Assembly (NCBI GenBank): GCA_002633005.1
Contig: NMRA01000097.1
Location: 62,001 to 126,000, forward strand
Source of the DNA: Phoronis australis
Taxonomy: Eukaryota > Animalia > Phoronida
Direction: 5' to 3'
Length of the DNA stretch: 64,000 nucleotides
In this document: positions 45,601-64,000 of the stretch, piece after piece
Layout of the letters: every line of letters starts with the position of its first letter
Position numbering within the stretch: position 1 is the stretch's first letter
Program-made: the position numbers and the translations under genes
The notes under the pieces: model-generated
Told to the model about the DNA's origin: nothing
The model's input: only the letters and a program-made list of their open reading frames with translations
The model's database searches: none

Positions 45601-46109
45601 GAAATACATCCAACGCAACACTTTTGAATGAAATAATAATATATTAACAAGAATATATTATACAAAACTTCTACCAAGCTTGCTCTGTTTGATCATCAGA
45701 TTATATACATTGAATTAACTTACACATTCAACGGGAGACTTTCACAATGAAAGAGTGAGTAATCACATAAGACCAACGACTAATGCCCTTTACAAGTGAC
45801 GATCAAGCCCAAGTGCAAAATGATGCGAGTGTAACGCCTATAAGTAGAGAGCATAGTACACCCATCACAAACGCCTACTCAAGCAGAAAGGTAAACTGAG
45901 CCCAAATCGAGTAGACAGCACTGGCAACAATGTTATGGACTACCCCCCACTACTTTAGTTGTGTTTTAACTTAAATCATGACATCAGTCAGAGAGCACTG
46001 CGATACCATCCCAAAACTATGACTCAAACATTCAGGAAACGCAATGTCCCAGGTCTATATCACCACTGTTAACAATTCAGTGTATGTATCACCATCAAAA
46101 TGATTTCCT

Positions 46110-53809
<7,700 letters not shown>

Positions 53810-53975
53810 GAATGAGTTTCCTTAAATTATTTCAGTCGTGTCTGTGATGTCAAGTCTTTTTGCATACATGCAAACCTCACAGACAAAAATTACAGAGATT
53901 TCGCCAGCGATTCTCAGTCAGATCTCTACAAATGGCGCTTGCTTCTGATGACGTCACGGTCATATGAGGAAGTGA
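53810..53975. promoter_or_regulatory. Very compact divergent promoter region of RAB21 and TBC1D15/17
   Basis: 122 bp between RAB21 ATG (53809,-) and first candidate TBC1D15 ATG (53932,+); YY1-like AAATGGCG 53930-53937, perfect CRE TGACGTCA 53949-53956, ETS-like GGAAGT ~53968. Confidence 0.6.
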
Positions 53976-56900
53976 GGAACAGTGCACAGGTAGGATAATT
54001 TAGTTTTTTATTATATAGTTAAATATTATTGAAAAAAAAAGTTTGATGGAGTAGCTTAAATAAATAATTTTACATTTTATGCAATTTAATGGAAGTTCAA
54101 TTTTACTCAGCAATTTTGAACATACTTAGAAGTAGTTAACGGTTTAATAACTTATTAGTCAAAACTGACCTTTTAAGCAGTAAATATATACGGATACGGC
54201 GGATATGGCTGGTGAAATGGCAAGTGTTTCGTGTTTACAATCTTGTTTTGGTTTTATTATTTTCTTTGAACACCATCAGCTAGGCTTATTATTTGGTGTT
54301 AGGACAAAATCACACATATATAAACCTTATTTTGAAAATACACATCTGTTCCCTCAACAACTATGCAAGCTGTCTCAGTTTCACCAGCCTGGATAGCTAG
54401 GCGGATAGCTAGGTTGTTTATGACAGTTATTAGTCACAAGGTCGTCATTGCTGGTTTTATGAACGATGTCGCAATTGATGTATCGTGTGCTTTTGAGAAC
54501 TTTTAAACCACAATAGGAGTCGAGGAAAATTAATATGAAGATGTCTGGACAGCACAAGTTATGTTTTCGTAAGCACAAAAATTCGTGCATTTACAACAGT
54601 ACTGGAAGAGTGGAGGTAAAAAATGTTGTAGTCGGACTTGGAATTCCGCTTGGAATCAAGATCACTTGTGCATAAACTTGGCAAGTTCACTCAATTAATC
54701 GCTTTGCGTTTATGTTATAACAACCTGCTAGAGCTCTAAATTAATTCATGTTGTTAATGAAATAATTGAAAGCTTACGTAACTGTAACCTAATAAAAAAT
54801 ATCACGTGTCACTTGGAAAAACAGTACTCGTAACCGAAGATGTCTTAGTGAACGTAAATTATACATGAAATTGAGAAATCCTTACAGCATTTTTGAGATC
54901 GTTTATGTAATGATGGTGGAAAGTTTCACTGAAATTTATGCAGTCTTATTTGAGAATTCGTATTCGTTCAAACAGTGTCGATCGACTGGAACTAATGGGT
55001 TTGAGTTTAATTAAAACAAGAAACTATCCTAATCAGCTGTGTTCATTTTGTTTGTATTACATAAACACATATGAACCAATCCCAAAGGTGATACCAATGG
55101 ACCTCAGGAGAGCAATATTGTCCGAGGGCCATATTGGTCATATGGCCTGATATAACTGAAGCATCATTCTATGTAATTTCTTTTATTACATGGCTACTGA
55201 TTCTTCTTTTCTCTCTTTTCATCGTCTCTCACAGTATTAGGATTATCTTGTTGTTACCTGCGTTGATGTAGCGTCTGCTGTCTTCTCATGGTCAGTGGGT
55301 TTGTGGTTCTACACCGTCTGATTAGTCATTTCACAGATAGCAACATGTGACATCCACATTGCATCAATGAAAAATGATATGCCTCACTTAGTTGTTCAAT
55401 ATTATATGTTATGTTAGAAGTATGGCATTTCAGCCAATCAACTGACAGAAGTATCAGAGGTCCTGTAATAAAATGTATGCTCTGTTCACAAATTGGTTGG
55501 CTGCAGTATTGCTTTATTGCATAACATATTTTTTCAGACATTATATGAGCAGGATGGGGTGTTTATACATACAACCATTTCAAGTGCTGATGATGATGAT
55601 GATGATGCCCTTTTAAGTGGAACTGTCTACATGACCAGGAAGGTATAGTGAAATATTGGTCTTCTCTATTAAAGTTGCATCGTTTTGTCCTAAAATTCCC
55701 ATCAATTACACGAGGTCCAGATTTTTTCATTGGCAATTGAAGTAATTCTACTAAAATTTAAATTTTTGATTGATGTTCAAATTATAAGTAAGAGGTAAAA
55801 CTCACCTAAATTCTTGTAAGCCCATTGGCTGAATTGTAAATGATGTATGTACTATGGCCATCTCAACTTAACAGACACCCGAATTTCACATTTCCTCATA
55901 TTCAATTTATAGCATGTGGTAAATTATTGCAGTTTTGATACTAATGGTGGTCGACTCGAGTGCCTGTCCTATAAGTCAGTGATCCAAAATATAAAACCTT
56001 AAGCATGTCATGTTCATAATGGAAAACATGGTGTTACAGGAAAAAACATTCTAGTGTATTGGACGTAATCTTTTATATGGTCATGGTTTACTTACAGGAT
56101 TTTACGGTAGACTTTCGTAAGTCCATATCCAATTGGTGACAATTTGCATGTAAAGTTGAGAGCCTTTGATTTAAAGATGTATTTGCAAGCTCCTAACTAT
56201 GCTAATGTATAGCAGGAAGTAAACAACAATGCTATTTGAACGCCATTTACGCTAAACAAAGTGCAGTTGTATTCGTTGACAACTTGTACTTGTGAAAACA
56301 AAAAATTCTGCAAATAGGTGACCTTTGCACTAATGAACTAATGACGTACCATGGGTGCTCACTTAACCTGCATAGTGCAATTCCCCAACACCACGTCATG
56401 AAAAGATAGTGACACTGGTCAAAAACATGTACGAAGGAAGTAACTACCGTGTTCTTCATGACGGTGAAATGACAGACCCATTTGAAATTAGAACAGGAGT
56501 GAAGCAAGGCTGTCTTCTGTCACCTTTTCTTTTCAACCTAGTAATAGACTAGACAATGAGAGAGGTGACAACAGGCAGAAGAAACGGAATACAGTGGACC
56601 CTATGGACACAGCTGTATGACCTGGACTACGCAGATAACATTGCACTACTCTCTCACACAGCAGGCCAAATGTGAAGGGAAACAGATGAACTGGACAAAA
56701 CAGCAAGGAAGATTGACCTTGACCTTGTCATCAGCAGTGGAGAGACAAAAATTCTTAACTTAACCCCAGAGACAGAAACACCAATTGAAATAAATGGATC
56801 AATCCTGGAGGATGTTGAACATTTTACATGCTTTGGCAGCAAGATAGATAAAAAAAGAGGGGACCGAAGCTGACATACGAGCAAGAATTGCCAATGCCAG

Positions 56901-59900
56901 AACTGCATTTTACCATCTAATGAAAGTATGGAAAGCTAGGAAACTCTCGCTGAAAACAAAATTGAGATTGTTCAACTCAAACGTGAAATCAGTACTGTTA
57001 TATGGATCAGAGACCTGGACAAACACAAAAACAAACTTCAAGATACTGCAAACTGTTGTCAATTCATGCCTGAGAAAAATTTTGAGGATACAGTGGCCAG
57101 AAAGGATAAGAAATGAAGAATTGTGGGAAAGAACAGGACAGACACCAGTGGAAGAGGAGACCGGCCGAAGGAAATGGCGCTGGATTGGACATACACTAAG
57201 AAGACCAACAAGTAGCACTTCCAGACTCGCATTAAAGTGGAACCCACAGGGTAAACGAAATAGAGGCAGACCACGAATGACCTGGAGAAGATGCATCACC
57301 AATGACATAGAGAGGTTAGGATACTCATGGAGACAGCTAGAAGGAATCGCCCAGGACAGAACAAAATGGAAATCTCTGATTCGTGGCCTATACCCTGGTA
57401 GGGGTGACGGGCATTGATGATGACGTCATGATACGTACTGGACACGATTGAGTGATTTACTGAAGATCATTTTCGACAAATAACTCATTCGTAGAAACAT
57501 TGGGCATTTTTCAACCTAGTACTCAGTATTCACATCGTGGCTATATGTTGTGTTTCTAACTAATTTGTCCAACCAATTACATGGATAAGGAAGTGGCGTG
57601 CAAGTTCCACTGGTCATAAAATGATTTGTTATTTTTTTCTCCTCAACTGTCACTTTCTCTTTTCCTGCCTCAGCCCGAGGGTGTGTTTGTTGAATGGAAA
57701 CAGGCCGACAAAAAGCAGTATGACTTGGAAAAGGAAGACGTAGGAAAAGAAGAGTGGGCAATGGTCAACTCGGTTTCATTTAAAAGCAGACCCACGGAAG
57801 GGGATTCACTTGGTAAGGAAAGATTTTAAGAAGACGCATGTACAATCTTCTACCTTAGTGAACCACATTGGTGTTCTCACCAGCAACCTTCTTTTTCTCC
57901 CGTACTAAATTTGTTATCAATTCTTCTTGTAAACACAATTCCGTTATCACAATCCACTAGTATTTTCTAATGAACAACACTGCCTTTTCACAAACAACAA
58001 ACAATTCTTTATGTAAATCTTGAACGGGCATGGAAATGTAGATTGCAAACATTTTTAAGTCTGGTCAACATGCCACCTGTTGGTCACATTTCATGACCTA
58101 ACGAATATAAGTCTGAAATGTTTTCTGCCCCATCCGGGTTTTGAACCCGGAACCGTCTACCAACAGTACAGCCTGTCTAGTCCACTGAGCCATTGGGACA
58201 CTCTGATGCCCTTTACTAAGTCTGGATTTCTGTATTCGACCAGTGTCCCGTCCCAATGTCCTCGTTTAAGAGGATTTCCTCTTTTTCGGTTTCGATTTCG
58301 TCTTACTTTGATTTCAAGTTTCCTCTTTTCTCGTTTCTGTTTTATCATTGTTTTGATTTAATTCATGTAAAAACGTTTAAATCAGTTAAATTTTACAACA
58401 CAAAAATGTTTCTATCACACAAGCTTATTTAATTGTGGAACAATGTGTCACCTGGAAAATTTCCTCTTTTTGTTAATTGGTCATTCCTAGCCCTGGTCCC
58501 AGCTACGATTCTTGGTTGGGGCAGAAATCTTTTCAGACTTATATTTATTAGGTTACATGATGTGGCCAACAGGTGGTGTGCTGACCTGACTTAAAAATGT
58601 TTGCAAAAAACAATTTCTTGTTGGAAAAAATGCTACACATGTCAAAAGAAGGATGGTCATAAAAAGTGTGTTCTTTTTTAGCCTATACCACGAGTTATAT
58701 TAAATGATCATCAACGAAAGCTAGATCAAAGGAAGAATATATTTGACTGAGATGTGAAAATGTACTGAAATTGTTATTAAAAAATTGGCAAATTTATCTT
58801 ACTAAACCATCCCTATTCCCCATAATCATTGTGGCTTTAAGTTGTGTAGGAAATTGTTGGTCGGAGTTGTATGAAACTTTCATGCATTGTTCTTCAAAAC
58901 TCTATTTTTGAAATTTTCACTTTTGCACCAGACGCTATAAAAATAGCACTAATGTAATTTTTGTGAAAAAAACATTAAAGTTGCATAAAACAAAATCCAA
59001 CGATAATTCGGAAAACTAACAGTATTCTGAGATGTTGTCCTGAACATTAATGTCATATAAAATTTGCTCATGTTATTGATCCTGTTGTTTTGATATGAAT
59101 TTACTTGTTTTTGACTAAATTTTACTAAAAAGCATGGTCATATGAACCAATTAATGGCATAGTGGTCTAAAGTCAAAAATTGTATTTTATGAAATTTCTA
59201 TTTACAGAACAGATACACTTTTGCTGTGTTACATTCTATACTGTATTTAGCTAAATGTGCAGAGTTGTCGGTAATTTCGTACATAACCTGTTTTAGAAGG
59301 CGTTTTATATTTTAACCTCCAGATGCTGTCAAAATCAACACGCCCAAGAGACACAAATACATCGTCAACTTTGACATCAATGATCTGAAGAGCTTCAAAC
59401 GCTCGGCGCCAGGTTACGGCTGGAGTTACCTTGTATTTATCCTGAAAGACGGCACTACGTACCCAGCGCTGCACTTCCACCATGGTGGCAGCAAGGCGCT
59501 GGTACGACAGCTGGGAAAATTCACTCGCATTCAACAGTGAGTGAGCTCTCTTCCTATGTTTCTCTGAGATAAAACTCAGTGCGATGCCAGAGTTCAACTT
59601 GTGAACATCATTTTTGACAGAGATACAATTTATCGTGGCGGACGCAATGTTAACAGCGCATGTGCCTTGTTGGGTGCATGAACTTGTTGGAGCTCTTTGA
59701 TCTCATACCCTTTTTACAACCAGCATCTTTAAAGCTTTTATCCTCCGTCTACCACACATGGATAAATAACAGCCTCCATAAATCTGTTTGTAGTGTTAGG
59801 CGCTATACAAGGCTGTAATGGGTTAGAAAGTTATTGGTTATGTTCAGTTCTGGTTCGAGCCATAGCAATCGCATCAAACTTGTTCACTTTTGGTTATTGC

Positions 59901-62900
59901 TGCAAAAATATTAAGTAAATCTTTTGTTTGGAAACTTTTGATTGAGATCATTGAAAAGTATCAAGTGCACCTTTTTGTTATTGAAAATTTGTTTATGAAT
60001 GATTGAATCAATAAGTTGTCATTTTTTTGATCACAAAAAAGAAAGAGTGATGTAATATTTGCTCTTAGTCATAACCTAAAATTCATTATCGACCTAGTAT
60101 AGGTAATTTTCTACTTATTCAACACACTTACCTCGCTCACCCAAAATTATTTGTGAAAATAATATTTTACCCCTCAATTATTTTGCTCGAGGCTATTTTG
60201 TGGCAAATTCTTACGCACAGTTTTTCAACACAAAGCCCAGTAGTAATGCACACCTCTTTAACTGTGTTAGTATGGTCCAAACATTGTACGCTTACCACTT
60301 CATCCATCCATTTGAATATGGTATATCTCACGATATTGTTAAATATGAGGTGAAAGGGGCAACCTGGATGAGCGTGGTGTCACTCAGTCATATGCTCATA
60401 AAGAGTGTTTCACAAAAGATGGGGTAAAGTGCTCTTATGTTGTGACGGGATAAAGTAACTATGTTAATTGTTTCACGTTGGCAACCTGTAGGCAGCATTT
60501 TGTTGAAGTCTCCCGTGGACAGTTTTCTATGTTTGGTTACTCACTTAATTTCGCACACCTGTCGACTACAAAGTCTGTATACTCAGTTCATTTTGCACAC
60601 CTTGACTGTCTGGAAACATTATGTAATTTATTTGGCAGTTAGTGGAAAATTGCTGTAATGATATTTGTGCTCGTCGCCCCGGAGCCATCGGGTCCACAGC
60701 AGACCTCTGACCACGTAATTTCGGGTCCCCGTTCCAGTCATAGTACCATTTTCTTTGAAATCGTTTTGCGTTTCTTTTAGTTCCCACATAATACTTGAAA
60801 TTCGCTCATTTCCTTTTGTGTGTGGACCGTGGACGGATTGTGTTCTAGAATGCACTTGCATTGTTACCTTTAGTTTCTTTCCAGTAGTGAAAATGTGACT
60901 GTGGAAGACATTGTTTCTTAGTTATTTTTCAGAAATTATGGTTATGTGGACCATGAGACCAAATTTCTTGTTTAAGTCTTAAAGTCGCTTTTCATGAAAC
61001 AGACCCTTGGGATCCACATAACTATTTCGGAAAGAAATTAAATCTCACATGAGCAAAAGTACAAAGTCTCTGAGCATGTATGCATAACTGCTGTTTACTG
61101 TGATATATTCTACAAACTATTTCTTGACTGATGTTTTCATAATTATTTGGTTATTAACTTTTTTCAGCAATTATGAATACCAAGGTTCTGTCTCGAGTCA
61201 CTTTTCTTGAAACAGACCCCTGGTGCCACCCAGGGACCTCTTTCTTCTGGACAAATTTAGATAGCTTGTAGTTTATTGCGTACTAGTACTCATTAGTAAG
61301 GTATAGTTTCTATTGAGGTCCTTTTTCTAATTAAAAAGAAGTTTCAACAACCCATCCCCCCAGTGTAAGGTGGTGACAAATCTTGGAATTGAAGGTGTGC
61401 TTTATTTGCAGATCTGCCAATGATCATCGACTGTTTATTGTGAAAGACCACGACCCTGGTGCCTTGTCGAAATCATTTGATGAACTGAATCTCTTTGGAG
61501 AATCATCTCAAGACTTAGTCTCTGTAATTTATACGTTTTTGATTATTGTAACGTTTTATTGTTAATATTTGTTATTTTTTATTAGAAAGTTTTCATTTCA
61601 AACTTCTAGTATGTATCTTAATGCTTAGTTGTTTTGCTATCGTGTTTCAGGCCAGAAACCAAGAAATTTTTGTTTGTTTTATTCATTTATGGTAAAATCT
61701 TGCCAATTTTGGACAAAATAATTGTCAAAATTGCAGTTTTCTCATTTTTCAAGTGGAGCTTCCCTGGAAGCATGGCTGAGAATGTCCACAACTTTTTTTA
61801 AAATATTGTTTGTTGGTAGCTATGGTAGAGAACTGGGATATGGCAAAGTGTCATTCTGGTACTGTGTATCATTTATGAAATAACAAGAAAATATAGTTTC
61901 ACCTGAGCACCATATTGTGTCCTAAATTGCAGAGATGTTACCTAATTTTTAGATCTGATGATAACGTTAGTTAAGCAAAGCATCTTTCTGACTTTGGCCA
62001 AGTATTCACAGTTGTTTCCTAAGGTTTGGCTAACAAGCCAAATCAGGTTTTCTATTTTCTCTGCATGGGTGGTTTCATGTTTTCTTGTGCAATTTTGCAG
62101 AAATTTTTTGACAACCCATATGCGTCGACGTTGACTGGATTTTCCAAGGTGACTAACTTTCTAAAAGATGCGCTGTTAATCAGTGAAGCACCTAAAGAAC
62201 GACCCCGCGACCTTGTGGCGCCTGTATTTGACACAGAAGTGCAAGGCATTAATCAACAGAGTGAAGCTGGATTTGAAGTCATAACTAAGGTATTCAATGG
62301 AAGAAACTGGTAAAGCTATAAGCTAGATAAATGTACTGTGTACTTAATGTGTGGGTCCATGCTTGGGGACTTTGGTTCAAAACTAATCAAATTCCATATG
62401 TAATTAAACAGAGTTTACGTTGTGATTAAATATCCAAATTTCTTAACAAATTATTGTAAAATTCAAGAAATGCATGGTTTTAAGTGTAATTTTTGATGAT
62501 TACACTTTAAAGCACATAACTGGATCGAGAAATTTGACAAACAAATTCAATCTTCTATTTTTGTCTTGCTTGACACATGCAGCTTATGATTTCAACAGAC
62601 TATTTTTGTTTCTTGGTTTATAATGTTCAGATTAATATACACAGTGTTGATTAAAACAGTTCTGTTTAGCCCATTGCAAAGCCTTTAGGACAGCCATTCA
62701 GACTAATATTGCTGTCATCGATTATCTGGTGGGCAGCTAACAGACATCATTTCTAAAAGCAGCTTTGATGTCGAGTTGGCAGTCATGTGATCAACTGAAA
62801 GTTGAGTGTACCTCAAAGGCAGTGGTCACTTCTTGAGATACCACAGTGCCCTCTGTGGTTCTGCTGTGCTTACCCACATTGCTGCTCAACAGTAGGGCAC

Positions 62901-63589
62901 TCATCCCACTGCTGCCAAGATGATCACCATTTTGTAGTGAAATTGTTTTGACATTCGTCATTCTATCGTTTTACTGTTCCACAATGAATTGCAATGTTGA
63001 CATAAAAATTGGGAAGCTGGGTGGGACACAACTAATCATTCTTTCCTGTGCTTTTTCAGCTTAGAAACCTCGAGGCCCCTCATTACGCTCTCCCGTATTT
63101 AAAGTTCACAAACATTTCTTAAGGGTATTAAGATCATTCAGATAAGGATCCTATTGGTCAGTCAAACGCACTCATTGTGTTGCCAACAGTCGGTCTTTAA
63201 CACTGATATTCATTTTTGTTGCTTAATCCTAAACACAAGAAACTGATCATAAAACTCCAGGTGCTATGGAATGCAGCTGTTGAAATTGCAGCCAATGAAA
63301 TACATTCAACTTGATATTTGGAAAATGGGTATGTAGGTTGACCTAATGTGACCTTTTAAAAACAGTCACACAATCGGTGTTTTACCTCCAGGACAGTTGA
63401 ATCCAGAACCTTCATCTTGTTCTTATCGTGTTGTTTGACACTGCTTCATGTGTTCTTCAGGTTGAGCTTCCTGCTAGGGGTGAGGTAAAGCGTGGGTCAC
63501 CCCTGACCCTGCAGCAGTGGAATGAATTCAAGGATGATGAGGGGAGGATAACAAATGTTGACGAGATAAAACAGATCATCTTCAGAGGG
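53932..63589 (+). CDS. TBC1D15: TBC1 domain family member 15/17 (Rab GAP), 5' part; continues beyond the window
   Basis: Exon 1 ambiguous (53932-53958 MALASDDVT or 53948-53989 MTSRSYEEVRNSAQ); then 55538-55642 (TLYEQDGVFIHT..LLSG..), 57674-57812 (..VFVEWK..EWAMV..), 59323-59536 (..GWSYLVFILKDGTTYPALHFHHGG..), 61412-61523 (..ALSKSFDEL..), 62101-62289 (..NPYASTLTGFSKVTNF..EAGFEVITK), 63461-63589 (..DDEGRITNVDEIKQIIFRG). All in phase; the window ends on an acceptor-like TTCTAG. Confidence 0.93.
56402..57422 (+). mobile_element. 5'-truncated RTE-clade LINE (RT C-terminal half, stops and frameshifts) in TBC1D15 intron 2
   Basis: GVKQGCLLSPFLF, LDYADNIALL, KSVLLYGSETW, RWIGHTLR, GKRNRGRPRMTW motifs; (TGA)n tail; 9-bp TSD ACGTCATGA (56393-56401, 57423-57431). 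Confidence 0.93.
58043..58606. mobile_element. MITE-like element with ~90-bp imperfect inverted arms adjoining tRNA-derived sequence
   Basis: 58043-58135 is the reverse complement of ~58510-58606; 58126-58199(-) has A box TGGCTCAGTGG and T-arm CCGGG-TTCAAAA-CCCGG. Confidence 0.65.
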
Positions 63590-64000
63590 GTGAGTTCTTG
63601 GGATACTTTTGTTTATTTATTTTTACTAATTGTACTGTTACTGGTATAAGCCCATGTGCTTGTGAGAAGCTCCAAAAATGTTGGGTGAGATTATTGCCAG
63701 TTGGGCTTATGTTGAACATTCATGTAGGAGGCCATGGACAGCTTGTATCACATGTTTACAAGTAAACACCTGGAGGGGAATCACGCGCTCACTGACCTGC
63801 CTAACACAGCTTGCAACGTATGAGTGCTGTCAGAAGCTGTTTTTTTCTAGGCTGTTTTACGCTAACCTGCTTGGTGACCAGCTGCGAGTTAGACATAATT
63901 AAGGTCGATTTGACGCGCATTGAGAAGTCAGAGGCGTGTTTATGTATACCTGAGTTGTGGACTTGCACACGAAAAAAATGGATGCTGGTTTATATTCTAG

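Noticed and set aside
58126-58199. Functional tRNA gene
   Set aside because: D-arm and anticodon arm do not pair properly, the acceptor stem has a mismatch, and it is embedded in a repeat.
58677-59172. Possible TTTA/TAAA-flanked MITE
   Set aside because: Terminal similarity (TTTAGCCTATACCA versus rc TTTAGACCACTATGCCA) is too weak to support.
59247-59597. 116-aa minus-strand ORF (likewise 8669-8902, 20394-20579, 26016-26216, 36379-36576, 56910-57308, 62052-62249)
   Set aside because: Antisense shadows of real exons or of the LINE ORF.

Overview
Eukaryotic, AT-rich, intron-containing DNA, probably from an invertebrate animal; the species cannot be identified from sequence alone. Almost all short entries in the ORF track are spurious or are single exons. 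Six spliced genes can be reconstructed by eye with GT-AG junctions and consistent phases, arranged as three head-to-head pairs: TRAPPC3/BET3 (-) with RWDD1 (+), OARD1/TARG1 (-) with a UNC93A-like MFS protein (+), and RAB21 (-) with TBC1D15/17 (+, runs off the right edge). Bases 1-5207 are a second, slightly diverged copy of TRAPPC3 introns and exons 2-3 that stops exactly at an N, most likely an uncollapsed haplotype. Introns hold many non-autonomous transposons: a Kolobok-like deletion derivative (THAP plus KolX-like remnants, TTAA TSD), hAT-like MITEs with 5-, 6- and 8-bp TSDs, self-nested fold-back elements, a Tc1/mariner-type MITE carrying a 15-bp palindromic insertion, Helentron-type elements with a ~445-bp array rich in CTCF-like motifs, and RTE and CR1/L2 LINE fragments. 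I see no CRISPR array, rRNA, intact tRNA or prokaryotic system. Family assignments and human comparisons come from recalled motifs, not from database searches.
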